Of a DNA stretch of 64,000 nt, positions 1-12,900 are shown in pieces. Source of the stretch: Zootoca vivipara (lineage: Eukaryota); contig NC_083278.1 in NCBI RefSeq assembly GCF_963506605.1, forward strand, positions 95,294,001 to 95,358,000, in the 5' to 3' direction. Within the stretch, counting starts at the first letter, position 1. Every line of letters starts with the position of its first letter. Made by a program: the position numbers and the translations under genes. The notes beneath the pieces were generated by a model that ran no database searches, had not been told where the DNA came from, and saw only the letters and a list, made by a program, of their open reading frames with translations.

Positions 1-177
1 CTTCCCATCAATAGGGAAGCCACTTTTGTTGACGAGGAAAGCCACCCCTCCATCTTTGTCTTCCTCTTCCGAGCCCCCGCTGTTGGCAAAGCCAACCGTC
101 CGGGCATGCGAGCTCCTCGAACGGCCCCCTTTGTCTCCTTTAGGGTGGCGGGAAACATTGGTGCTGGACCCCGTCAT
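1..177 (-). CDS. VASH2: Vasohibin-2 (tubulinyl-Tyr carboxypeptidase 2), first coding exon, truncated by window edge
   Basis: Reverse strand from ATG at 177 reads MTGSSTNVSRHPKGDKGGRSRSSHARTVGFANSGGSEEEDKDGGVAFLVNKSGFPIDGK, matching the VASH2 N-terminus (RSRSSHARP..SGGSEEEDKDGGVLFHVNKSGFPID); synteny with FLVCR1. Not in the supplied ORF track. Confidence 0.96.
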   Translation of the reverse strand, partial: MTGSSTNVSRHPKGDKGGRSRSSHARTVGFANSGGSEEEDKDGGVAFLVNKSGFPIDGK

Positions 178-799
178 CGTTGAACCTTCAAAGGGACAAG
201 AGGCACCTCTCCGGGGCAAAGCAGGAAGAGACGGACAGCTCAGTGTCCCAAACAGGTAGCACTCCCCATCCCCTCTTCCCCCACCCCCCAAGGAATCAGG
301 TTGGCATGAAGTTGCTTGCTAACAGCAGCCAAGCAGATCACCGGAGGGTCTCTCCTCTTGCAGGCAGAATCTATTCGAAAATAACAACAGAAGGTGCAAG
401 ACAGCACATGTTAGTATCATGGTCAGACGAAACAGCCCGTTTCCCACTAGGAGAGCTACCAAGCGAGATGCATCAGGCAGAGGCTCCCGTTGTTCTCAGC
501 CAGAAATGGGGAACAATGGAACAGCAATAATCAAAGCAGAGCCACTTACCGGATACACCTATGAAACAAAAGAGGAGGACCCTCAGATCCCCCTCTTCCT
601 CAGCACCCCCCCCTCAGGTTCTCTCTCACCGGAGGGCGGCAGAAGGCAAGAGGGATCCTGATCTCCCTCTAAGGACACGCATCTACACATTTATACGCAC
701 ACCCTGGAATAACCCTCTGGGAACTGTCACACAAAAGGAAGCGGGAGCCTGCTGCTGCAGAGGCTGGATCCCTCTCTTCCCGCATAACATTGTCCCGGG

Positions 800-1570
800 T
801 GGTCATAAATCTGTCACCCCCACAGCGAGGCTGGATTCCGCCAGATCTCCCTGCTTTCTGTGTCTGGCTACCCGGCTCCGCGCCTGGATGGAGCCTGACT
901 TGGGGCGGAGGGAAACGCTAAGGCCGTCGGAACGAGGATCCGGCAGAGCATCCCGGCGAGCCCCGCTGCCGTTCAGCAGTAGCAGCGGCGCGCTTCGTTC
1001 TTCCGGGGCTTGCATGCGGCAAACAGCCTCGGATGGTGCAGGTAGGAAGGCTGGGTGCATGCACGCATGCAGGCGAGCTGGCACCGGTCTCGGGATCCCG
1101 GGACCACTTGGAGAGGTGCAGGGACGAAGGCGGACCTGTCTGCTGCGACAACCGCAAGCCCTTTTTTAAAAGCAGACGGTTCCTCCCTCTCTCGGCCGCC
1201 AGGCGACCCCACCCATCCTCGGGCTCCCCTCCCTGCAAAACCCGGCCCGCCTCACCTGCTCGCGCAGCGATTCATTGCACCGGATCCTCTCCCGGCGGCT
1301 GCGGCTGATGCTGCCTCTGCAGCTGCCTCGGCCGCCCCGGCCTCAGCCCATGTTCCATGATCAAGTGTTGCTCTCTGACATGGAACCATGTTACCCGGCA
1401 GCCGCCGACGTTCCGAGCGCCCCCATTGGCCGCCGCAACAAAGAAGGGCGGTCCTCGCGGACCGGGGTAGCGGCGCGAGAAAGGCTGGCCGGGCTCCGAT
1501 TGGCTGCCGCGCCGGGCGCCGAGCGAGGCCAGCCCGGGAAATCTGATCGCTCGTGCTGCGAGTCAGGCCT
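800..1570 (-). promoter_or_regulatory. VASH2 CpG-island promoter with probable non-coding exon 1 (about 1420 to 1256)
   Basis: CpG-dense; two minus-strand CCAAT boxes (ATTGG near 1425 and 1499); minus-strand donor CAG|GTGAG at 1256/1255; candidate acceptor TTTTCGAATAG at 371/370. Confidence 0.7.
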
Positions 1571-2167
1571 TGGTGTCATTTTAAAAAAAATTAAGCGGGG
1601 TTCTCCCAGCAGCTCCCCATTCAAAGTGAGTGTAAGGGTCTATAAAATGAGCTGATTTCAATCTGCTTTAGTAGGCTATTTTAACTTTAAAAAATGAATT
1701 ATTATTTTTTAGTGCTTTCAGGAATGGTTGTGAATTTTCTTTTTTTATCTTTTGCAAACCGCTTTGGTGCTTCGTTTATGGGTTTTTTTCAAACAAGCAG
1801 TGTATAAATTTGATGATACGAATCCATTAAAGGAAAGGGATGGCGGCGGCGTGTCTTCTTGATTCGCTGCTGCGTATTCATAGCGATTCGAACAGCTCTG
1901 AAGGCATCGCTCCCCCCCTCCCCAGGATATTCCACAAGTAAAGCTGAGCGTTATTTATGACTCGCCCGTCTGAGCTCATAGCTGATTTCAGTAGCAGCTT
2001 CATGTACTGTACATACTATATATACTAATCACCAGGCAGATGATTAAACATAAACAAGAGTCACTGGCTATTCTTTCCTGGTGCCGTTCATGTTGCTGGT
2101 GGTTATTGCCTATAAATCCCTATGCAGCTTAGACAAAGCCGCTTGAAGGACTGTCTCTTCTTATTGC

Positions 2168-2352
2168 GGGGAAGGGCCCTCGCTCGTTGGACGAGCATCT
2201 GCTATGCCTGCAGGAGGCCTGGCCCCTAGTTCAATTTCTGACATCTCCAAGTAGGTCTAGGAGAGACCCTGGAGAGCTGCTGCCAGTCAGTGTAGACAAT
2301 ACTGAACTAGATGGATGGACCAATGGTCTGATTCCGCAGAAGGCAGCTTCTT
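2168..2352 (+). mobile_element. Old tRNA-derived squamate SINE (related copies about 5715-5860 minus, 41700-42020, 49410-49605)
   Basis: Degenerate A/B-box head followed by body GAGAGCTGCTGCCAGTCAGTGTAGACAATACTGA...AAGGCAGCTTC, recurring in the window. Confidence 0.65.
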
Positions 2353-4268
2353 GTGGCCCTATGCTTCCTACTGGAATTTGTCTATGCTTTAACATTAGCT
2401 GTTAACCCTCCCTTGTGTGTGCCATTGCTTAGTGAGGCGAGACTGGTGGCAATGCATGACGGGGCTTTTTCTGTGGTGGCCTCTTGTATGTGGAACTGCC
2501 TGCCCCAAGATGTTAAGTTACCTTCCTCTTTACCTGGGTTTCTCTGGCAATTGGAAATGTTACTTGTTAAACAAGCCGTTTTGGCTACCTGAATACGTTG
2601 TTGAGACTCCAAATCCCATCCACTATATGACTAGAGTCACCAGGGCCAATAGTCAGGGATTATGAGAACTGTTGTTCAGCAACATCGGGCAAGCACTAGG
2701 TTGGCTCCCTCTGCCTTACTGTATTGATTGTGAGCACTCTTCTTTGTGCACCAGGTGGTTGTTGTTTTTTCTTTCTTTCTTTCACTGCTGTTTATAGTTT
2801 TTATCATTTGTCTTTTAATAGCTTGATAGTTTGGTCTTCCTGTTTGCTTTTATATTTTGTGCCACATTGAGCAACTCCTGTGCAATGGGAAAGCAGAGTG
2901 TGTGTGTTTGTGTGTGTGTATTAATGGATAAAAATGATGTATGGGTATGGAAAGAACAAAAGATAACCCAGGTTCTGGAGAATGAAAGCTCAGCCTTTAA
3001 CCTGACATTACAAGAGTGCACTTTGATCAATAGGAACACAAAGAAATATAACAAAAAGCATATATGTAGTCTCTTGCATGCTACATCTCCCAGGTCTGAG
3101 TTCTGGCATATTTCATTTTATAAATTAAGAACTGATCTCTAACATGAAACATGCCAAACTAAAAGGGTTCGTCCACACTTCTGCTTGTCCTGTGCCTAGA
3201 AACCTGATTGATGTTTGCTCCGATACAGCAGGAAAGATTGAGCTTCTCCGGGAGAAAGCAGTGAGACAAGCAGAAGTCTGGATGAACCCAAAGTCTATTC
3301 CTCCCTCTGACTGAATCCCCTACCCCCACCCCCACCCCCCAATCCCACCCCATATATGTGGGACCTACTTTATTTTAGAGAGTCTTAGGGTAAAAAGAAA
3401 GTGGTTGTTCTGTCTTCTGACTATAAACTTAAAATGTAACCGCTAAGATGTAATATGCCTGCAAAGTAGCCCAGTTGGATTTCCTTTCCTTTCACCCTGA
3501 TGGGCAGCGGCATAATCTGGGGTTTACGAAAGTCCCATTATAGAGATCAGCAGATTTGATCCGTTAGACCTCAGATTCCCTTTTCATCTACCCCAGATGG
3601 CAGATGGGGAGGAGGGAGGTGAAAAATGAACATATATGCTAAACTCGACGAGCATGTCAAGAATGAAAGCTATTTGAATGCTAACTTTTCTTTTTTATAT
3701 ATACACCCCACAATAGACTTACTCAGGACTGAACGAGATTCCTCCCTGGTCAGGGCACCATCTGCATTCCAGGGGATTTGGGTGTGGGGAAGTAATCTTA
3801 CAAACATTCTGATACGTGCCCATTTGTATGGGCAGAGCTGGCCTGACCATTAGTCAGAGTGAAGCATCTGCCTCAGACAGCTCATTTTAGGTATCATTAA
3901 AGGGCAGCAAATGGTTAATCATGTAAATTATTATGATGGCATTGTTACCATCAGAAAGAGAGAAACGTTCTTGTGAGACTTCCTGCCTCAGGTGCCAAAA
4001 TCACCTGGGTAGTGTTTGGTACCTTTCACCTTGACAGAGGAAGGGGTGTGCCATTACGGTTCTTCCTCAGGCAGCAAAATGCCTTGGGCCAGCCCTGTGT
4101 CCAGGGGTGGCTGGTGGCGCCCTCTGGGACTTGTGGCATCAGAGGTGGATTTAGCAGAACATGACTGGTTCACCCCCTATTGGGCACTGAGCCAAGAGGG
4201 CACTGCAGAGCGCGTCACAACAAGGACGAACCATGGAAGGCTAGAGGCCAGGGGCCACTGAATTTTGG

Positions 4269-4970
4269 CGTCACACAGGGCACTGCTGGAATTTGAAAGC
4301 CCAAACTCCACCCCATAAGCCAGAGCCAATGACAGGCGGAGCCGACAGATCTAGCAGGCTCTTCTTATGCCCTTATGACTGGCATCTAATATTCCTAGGG
4401 AGCTTGGCCCATCCAGGAACCGCATGGTGTTTGCCAGGACTGATATTGCACCGCCCTGTTTTCTTGGATGCTTGAAGAGGAGCACTGGCACCTGAGCATG
4501 CATGGTTAGATCAAATAAACTATGCCGGGTGTAAGGGGGAGGGATTATAGAGAACCCTCCCCCCTCATCAGAAGCAGCCCATCTCGCAGCAGTCATGAGA
4601 GCGAGGGGTCTGAAGGGGTGAGTCAGGAAATGGAGAAGGAGTGCCACGAGTCTGGCAACATCAAAGAGCCCCTGTTCCATAGGCAGGAAGAGAGGGAGGC
4701 GGAAAGAGTGGACAGGAATAGGTCAGACAGAAGACCCGTCCCCCCGACGCCGGAATTGAGGAGGAGGAGGAGGAAAGGGAGGTGCTTCTCAGTTCCAAGG
4801 CTTTTATGCTGGTCCCGAACGCGGAGGGGGGCAGTGCAGGAATCTGACTCCAGCGGGTAGACATGAAATGAGCAATCCGTTACACTGTAAATAATGTGCA
4901 CCAATAAAAACGTCTGAAAGACAAGCATGTGGAAGGTCGTTACTCAAGAGTAGTCACAACAACCCTGACA
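4269..4970 (+). mobile_element. Probable solo LTR
   Basis: About 700 bp, GA-rich, AATAAA near 4903, ends CCCTGACA, imperfect inverted termini; no clear TSD, left boundary uncertain. Confidence 0.4.
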
Positions 4971-6034
4971 CCAGGTTACATGATTGGTTAGGTCTCAGCC
5001 TCGGAGCAAGATCTTCGCGGCACAAGCCCTGAAACTGTATTTCTGCAGATGGAATTGGCAAGTGTAGCTTGTGGTGGCGTTTGATTGTTTGTTTGCAGAT
5101 CTGCATAATGAAAGGTTTTAGTGCTACTGACTGCGTTAAGGTAACCCCAGAGCCCTACCGTAGCATTGTTGACTTGAAAAGACAACCTGCCTCTTTTGCT
5201 TCCAGTGGCGCAGTCAGGACAGGACTGTGGGGCAGAAACGGCAGGAGGCCTTGCCACATTTTGTAGTCAGTGAAGTTAAGCACATTAAAGAAGGGCTCCT
5301 CTCTTCAGTCTAATATTACGTAACTGCCTTGCACTGTAGGTATGAGCACACTTATTTTATGCTAATGCCACTCTGTGGCACTAAGTAATCCCCAGAGGAG
5401 CCAGCTCCCCTTCCGACTGTCTCCTTGGCTCGTGTTTCTCTCTCGGTGGAATTGCTGAACTCCATCATTAGCATGAGCAACCGGCAGACCATGGAGGTAT
5501 TGTTTGAGGAGCTAAAGTAAACCAGCTGTGTGGGTTTGTGATGCCTGCAGAGTGTTTGGTTCCAGGAGAAAGAAGGGCATTCAGGAAGTGAACTGGAACA
5601 AAGATGCTTCTCTTTGCTGTGAATTTGTTGCGTGTTAAGGATTTTCGGCCCTGTTAACTCTTGGCTTCTGGGTGTGCTGACAACAAGCGAAACAGGGCTG
5701 GTTTCTGACTAGGTTTCCTAGGAAGCTGACTTAGTATCAACTTCATTGAACTTAGTATTGTCTACACTGCCTGGCAGTCTTTTCCAAACCCTACCTAGAG
5801 AGAGATGGATTCCTGCCTGGATTGAACTTTGGACCTCCTGTACGCAAAGCAGATGCTTTGTAGCTCTTCAGTTTCTCTGCACTGTCTGCCAGCATTCCCA
5901 TTCCCTGAGCTGAAAGCGACAATGGCAGGTTGAAAGATGCTCAGTTCAGCTTTGCTGCTTCTATGGGACTTAAAGAGACATAGGTACATGCGTACAGGGA
6001 GTTGAAGCACATTTATATCAGCAGCCCTCCTACA

Positions 6035-6420
6035 CCGCAAGGACGTGCTCTATGGAGAGATGGCTTCCAGTACCAGGCCTGTTGGCAGACCAAGTCTGCA
6101 TTACAAAGATGTCTACTAACATGGCAGGAAGGCTGGCAACATCAACCCTGGCATGTGGGAATCCCTTGCAGATGGACCGCAATGCCTGGAGACAGGCAGT
6201 CAAGTTGTGTATCCAGAGTGAGTGACCAGAGGAGAAAAGGCCGCTTGGAGGAGCGCAGAGAGAAGAAACGCCATCGTGCATCTGCAGCAGCACAACTGGA
6301 CGCCTTCATCTGCCCTAGATGCAACAAAACATGTCTCTCCTGTACCGGTCTCTACAGCCACAGCAGGCGCTGAAACCTTCCAACAGCTTGACTTCATCCC
6401 CAGAGGCACACTCCTCTGTT
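6035..6420 (+). mobile_element. RTE-clade LINE 3' fragment
   Basis: Frame-disrupted KDVLYGEMASSTRPVGRPSLHYKDV...WESLA...NAWRQAVK and C-terminal Cys motif FICPRCNKTCLS..GLYSHSRR. Confidence 0.75.
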
Positions 6421-7133
6421 GGCTAAGGCCCTGTGGAACGCCCTCCCACCAGATGTCAAAGAGAAAAACAACTACCAGACTTTTAGAAGACATCTGAAGG
6501 CAGCCCTGTTTAGGGAAGCTTTTAATGTTTAATAGACTATTGCATTTTAATGTTCTATTCTGTTGGAAGCCGCCCAGAGTGGCTGGGGAGACTCAGCCAG
6601 ATGGGCGGGGTATAAATAAATGGTGGCGGTTGTTGTCTTTCCTCAACCTTTGAATCTGTCTCCTTGGCTTGAGCTTTGTTTTTAAAACTGTAACATGCAT
6701 TAATTTCGATTAAATGTCATTGTTTTCAACAACATAGCAACCAAAACACACCAGCCTAATGATAAGATATATACACCCAATAAGTGAAAACTAGGGTAAT
6801 GAAAACAGAAGGCTGCATGGCCAAACTATCAGTGGTTTCCTCCGTTGACTAGATGACCTTGGATGTCTCCCCCAACTCTACTATTCTATCATTAATCAGC
6901 TCATTTTCTTTGTCCCATAAGACAGGCAGAATTCCTCCAACCAGAAAGAGTCTTTTCACTGGGGGAAGCACTCCTCACATCAGAGGAAGGGAACATTGAG
7001 ATCCAACCTGAAGGCAGCCCTGTTTAGGGAAGCTTTTAATCTTTAAGAAACTAGTGTATTCTAATATTTCTGTTGGAAGCCGCCCAGAGTGGCTGGAGAA
7101 ACCCAGCCAGATGGGCGGGGTATAAATAAATAA

Positions 7134-7181
<48 letters not shown>
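6421..7181 (+). mobile_element. Two L2-type LINE 3'-end fragments (6421-6620, 7006-7181), the second ending in an (ATT)n tail
   Basis: Shared GAAGGCAGCCCTGTTTAGGGAAG...GGAAGCCGCCCAGAGTGGCTGG...GATGGGCGGGGTATAAAT terminus, matching the end of the RT-bearing copy at 57958-58711. Confidence 0.8.
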
Positions 7182-7184
<3 letters not shown>

Positions 7185-8369
7185 TAACCTAGAGTCAGGA
7201 ACTCTGTGGCAGCCTCACAACAGACCCTTCTTCTCCAATGGAAGCCCTCTGGTCATGTCGTCATCTATCTACCCTGTTGGCATTCCCCATGTTGCATTGC
7301 AGCAGGAACTTGGAAACTCCAGCTTGGCTGTTTTCACCTGGAGGAACCCAAAACGGCTGTGGTTAAGCAGCACACCACATGTTTCCAGCCCAAGCCCTAT
7401 TTTAGGTTCTGGGAGATGGAAAGAGCAGAGTAGCACACATACTTTGCACACTCCCTGGTGGGAGAAACAGTCGAGCCAAAAGACACCACTATTCACATCG
7501 CACCTCACTCCGTAGCTGCGTTTTTGTGAGAGATGACGGTATTACCACCACAATTATGTGGTTCCAGGAGAAACAACTTCCTTCTAACTTGTGCCCCTGA
7601 GGCTGTTTTCCCAATGCTCCGGTGTGATTTTGTGGTTTCTGCTTCAATCAGATTCTCCCTGCAGCTTTATTCCCAAGCGCAAGAAAAAACTGCCATGAAA
7701 GTGGTGGCCGGGTGATTTATCATAAGACTGGCTAGCGCCTGTGATGTCACTGATGCTGAAAGACACAATTCTTGAAATTTTCAAAGGGTGTAGGATATAA
7801 AATACATTTTAATAAGCTCTTCACTGGGTGAACAGTTTCTCTCTGTACAGCTCATGCAGCCCCCACCCTTTAAACACAAGACAGGAGTACTTGCTGGAGT
7901 CCCTTGCTAAAGGAGCAATCCTATACACCAGAAGCTGGTGTAAACTGAGCCAGTGTAAAGTTATACCAAATCCAGAACCAGTTCAGCAGTTGGGGCTTCT
8001 GCTGCTGCTCTGCCTAAGCCTGGCAGAGGGGAATCAAGCCTTTTAAATAGTGCTCAGTGCTGAGTTGTCAGGTCACATGGCCAAGCTGCACATGCTTCAG
8101 ATCCAGCCCAAGTCCCGCTTCTCTGGTCCCACCCATGCCATGCCCCCATAATCTCCCTTTGGGGGGACTTACACTGCCTGAACCAGGAAGTATCCTGCTG
8201 AACTGCCAGGGGCAGACTTTGGTCTTTCAAATTTCAGCGGTGCCCTGTGCCAAAATTTGGCACAGTCCTCCTACTTCTTGCCTTCCATTCTGCTCAATTG
8301 TCATAGTTGTAACACCCTGTGTCATCCCCTGGGTTCAGCACCCAGTACAGCAGAATCGGTCGCACTGCC

Positions 8370-8950
8370 CTAAATCCGCCTCTGGAACTGAGGATCTACA
8401 TCCTCAACAGCTTGTTCCAATGGTTCTTGCCAAAGATTGCCCCCTAAGTGAATAACTTTTTTTTTAAAGCCTCCTTTTGCTGGATTTGCCCTTTGTACAC
8501 ATTCCTTGCACTGACAGAACATTAGCACTGCTTTGAATACAACCCTGAGCATTTCCAAAAGATTTGTAGAAGCGAAGCGGAGACAGCGATCCTCTCGGTA
8601 GCAGAAGTATGCTTTCATGGGATGAAGTGAGCCACATAGTCTGCTTCTAGTCTGCAGATGTGAAATTTCATCTCCTCCCACTTGCTCTTCTCCATTGATG
8701 ATCTGCTCTGGCAATTCCTCATTAACAAGGAGGTTTGCTGAAGGAGCGAAAATATCAAAGCAGCAGCGGAGCATTTCATTGGCGACTTTCATCTGAGGAT
8801 CTCAAAGCACTTCACAAACACCCATCACCCATTATTAGTGTGGATGCAATGGGTGAGCCAGAGATGTGTAAAGCCCCATGGAATATCATTACATTTGCTG
8901 AAACTCTTCGTGGAAGTAAAAGGTGTGGGTGGATCACTTCACCATCCATG
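8370..8950 (-). mobile_element. Highly decayed LINE reverse-transcriptase remnant
   Basis: Minus-strand EELPEQIINGEEQVGGDEISHL resembles the LINE RT region preceding the FKYLG motif. Confidence 0.35.
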
Positions 8951-9744
8951 TAAGTACTTTGGTTTCAATTGCTAGCCTTTTACTATATGCATATATATCT
9001 AGTTTAGTAAACACTTGCTCTGTTTGGGATGCTTTTTTCCATCTGTAAAATGGGTATAACTATGACCTACTTCTCAGGGCTTTTTGTAAATAGATGATAA
9101 AAACTGGAAATAACTTTTCCTATTGTGAAACACTGGGATTTCACCTTTGATATGGCTTCAGTCTGAGTGAGGTTTCTTTGGGGGTGCATATTCGCATGGG
9201 GTGGGCGCAGCAAGGCTAGGTGCTGAGTGCAAAGGGGTTTCTCTGTACAGGAGCACCAGTAGATCTAATCTGTATGTAGAAAGGTCTTTCCCTCTGCAAA
9301 TAGCCTTGTCTGGATTAATAGCACAAGTCCTAAATAAATGCTGCCACCTACTGAGTAAACTGCCAAAATCATTCTACTTCAGTTTGATTTACTGGGGGAA
9401 AGTTGCAACATACAGACTCAGACCAAACACCACAAAAAGTCAAGGTTATTATGCTCCTTGTGGCATCCTAGGCACCTATTCATTTGCACTCCCCCAAGTG
9501 GACCTCAAGTTTTGCTGAAGCTTGGTCCAGTCTATACGATTTTCTAGTTTCCACACATACACCACAGCCTAATAACCATGTGGACCGGAAAGCTTAGAAT
9601 CAGCAAAACAGATTTGTCACCTATAAGGTCAAGAACTGATGTTATATCCAGAAGCTAGATGCTGGTGTCTCCCATCAGAGGTGATGGGTGCCTCAATGAA
9701 GTCCTGAATGGATGAACTCTCTGTACCATATATGTGATTTCATG

Positions 9745-9990
9745 TAATAATAATAATAATAATTAATAATAATAATAATAATTTATTTCTACCCCGCCCA
9801 TCTGGCCACTCTGGGCTGCTCCCAAAAGAATATTAAAAACACGACAAAACATCAAACATTAAAAACTTCTCTAAACAGGGCTGCCTTCAGATGTCTTCTA
9901 AAAGTCAGAGAGTTGTTTTTGTCCTTGACATCTGATGGGAGGGCTTTCCACAGGGTGGGCGCCACTACTGAGAAGGCCCTCTGCCTGGTT
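9745..9990 (-). mobile_element. L2-type LINE 3' fragment with (TAA)n tail
   Basis: Reverse complement of the same L2 terminus. Confidence 0.8.
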
Positions 9991-12900
9991 CTAGCCTTTC
10001 CAACAAACTACTGCAGAAGAAGTATGCCGTGTCCCACACCAGAGGCAATACCCCTCCCCTAACACTCCATCAACCCTCCACCGAGACCATCTAGGAAAAG
10101 GAAAACTCTGGTCCTAAACCTCTGCTGCCTTGCAGGATATCTTTGGGAGAAGAAAAGGCTAAGGAGTAACCCTACACAAATCCAGAGTGGAGTCCCTAAG
10201 ACTGTTGGATGGCAACTTATACAAGGCTACTTTGGCAACTCCTGCAGCTAAGCTGGCACCAAATGTATTGCTCTGTGAAACATACCCAAGCTTAGTACAT
10301 AACACTCTGTTTCCTTTGGATCACATCAGCAAGGCCAAGAAGGGTGGTCTTGTTGTCTGGGCAGCCCAGGACCTCCAAACACACTGTCCAGGCTTGTGCC
10401 CCGTGGAGGTCACTTTCCTGCTGCTAGCTTGGCCGTTTGGCTTCACCCCGGAGGCACACTATCAAGACAGGAAGAGGCCAACAACCCCTTCCAAAGTTGT
10501 TTTCCAAAAATGCTTAACTACACTTCTTTTTTTTTACTAGAATTCGTTAGTATAATTAAGACAACATACATATGGATAATGGCTTAATTGGTTCTCAAAG
10601 AAGAATCCAGATTTCCAGGTTATGTCATGTTGCACTTTGAGCGCATAATTCAAGATGCGCAACCCATTAGCAATCCCAGATGAGAGTTTTGAAAAAAGGG
10701 AATTGAAATCAGCAGGAGAGGAAAGATTGCCCGGGGGGGGGGACAGTAGTTGTACACATCTTGCCAGTCATTGCATATCTAAATCGGCCACCCTACATTC
10801 TAAGGATTTTGTTGCTAATTTGGTTTAGTAATCCTTTCCAGGGCCTGGTATTTGAAGCATTTTCTTAGTGCTGAATAGACTAATCCAATGAATGTCCCAC
10901 TGAGTTCAATGGGATTTACTCCTGGGTAAGTGTGCACAGGACTATGACCTACAGAAAACTTTTTCCTTTCTTTTTTTACATTCACCTATAGTCTCCAAAG
11001 TGTCAGGTGTGTGAGAGGTTTGAAGTGGCTATGAGAAATGGTCAGGAATCAGGGTGCCCAACCAATGATCCCACCTTTCCATCGAGGGGACTTAACACTA
11101 ACCAAAGGCCATCCACTCAGTGCTTAACTGTGTAGCATGCTGAGTTTGCTAATATCACGAGACCTTTATTTATATACACGCTATATGCCAATCCTTGATC
11201 CTTTTATAGGATACGTCCTCATTTCATTATATGTTTTGTGGTTTTACAAGGAGTTGCCAGTCTTGTTCAGCAGCTCAGACCATGTCATGTTGTTTGCACT
11301 TGGGCTGCCTTCCAGCTTGGAGAGTGTTTCGAAGCCAGCTAGTAATTTAATTCGAAGCCAGCTAGTAATTTAATTCACTTACTGCTATGCAGTCACATAT
11401 CTTGGGTCTTCAGTCCGTTGTTTGCTATTGGAGGCATGGAACCGATGCTCAAAGCTAACAGCAGAGGTCTCCCTCAGCTGAAACTTTAGCAATAGACAGT
11501 GATTTTGATGCAAACTCAGCCTTCACTAAAAAGTAAGAAAAATAACGGCCAGCTTTTTTACTAGAAAAGGGTGTTTAAAAAATAAAACTTTCAGGGATGG
11601 AGAAGGAAGGCAGGAAAAGATGAAGAAGAACCCTGCTGGATTGGGACCATTAGTATAAGTATACACACACCTCAATATAGGCTAGTACAAAAATGGATTA
11701 CAGTATTAATACAATCAAAAAGACAATGATTTCCCCACCTCACTCTTCATTTGCTCGCTTGCAACCACCTCCATTATGAAGGTTATGAATCCAGACTTTA
11801 AATGAAAGCCTTGCTAGGATCAGCAACCCTGAAATGATGTTGTGATACTTTGGTCTTACAACTCTGTAGAAACAGTTACACCACTTTTTTGAGGTGTGAG
11901 GAGGGGGTGGGGAAAGCCTATTGGTATAATATTTACTTTCAGCCATACAAGTTAGTGGGGACCATTTGGTTCTATGGAAGGAAGTAGAGGGCGCTGTAAC
12001 ACTATTGGGGCAAGGGTAAAAATCTTTCCACCCCAGAACCTGCCCGCAATGTTCGGTGTCAGAAATTAGTTACATCTTCAAGGCGGTCCACCACGTCCTT
12101 CAAAGTCTGACCTGCTTATTATTTAATCTTAGGAGATATTTATAGCACAGGATTAGGAAATAAGATCGGGTGAGAAGACGGTACATCATGTTGATGACTA
12201 GCATATAGGAAACAAACCAGGTCATTGTGTACCTAAAACATAGCAGTAAGACCTTGCTGAATGACATGCTTAGCTGCAAAAAGAGGTTGTGCAAGAATGA
12301 TGACTGTTTTACACACAGGGAGAGCTATCTGATGAGGGGAGGAGGTAGATATGCCTAGCAGCCAGCAATATTTTTAAAAAATCAGTGGATGTTCTCTAAT
12401 TGTAGCAGAATTGTGCCAAACAGTGCCTGGTAGTTATAACAGCAGCAGTAGCCAGATTGGCTGCTCACTTGCAACTGAATAATTAGTGTAGCACCTATTC
12501 ACTAGGAGATCTTGTTTATAGTCTCTCATGTTGTCCTGCCTGTGCCCACTCAAAACACTGAGAACTGTTAAGCAAGGGAGAAAACCACTTCCACTCTGAA
12601 ATATTCATGGCATGTACAGTTGACTAGAACATGCAAGGCTTAAAATAATAATAATTGTGACTATTTTTTTAAAAAAAACCACTGTCAACTACACTGGTAG
12701 AGTTCATGGTTCAAGTCTGGATGAATCCTTCCTAATAATGAGTCAGAGTCAAGTTATAAATCAGTTTAGGCCCGGCAGTGGTGTCCAGGTTAGGTCCCCG
12801 AAAAGGACTTTGGACATGCCTGGGGGGAGTTAATTCTGCTGTCAGAATTCTAACCAGTTGGCATGATCGGGCAGCTAAATAGGTCACTATCCCCAAAGGT

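Noticed and set aside
561-1655. Overlapping 80-200 aa ORFs on both strands
   Set aside because: GC-rich VASH2 promoter; stop-codon depletion explains them.
3496-3536. CTGATGG...CGAAAGTC as another hammerhead
   Set aside because: Core is CTGATGG rather than CTGANGA and no supporting stems could be formed.
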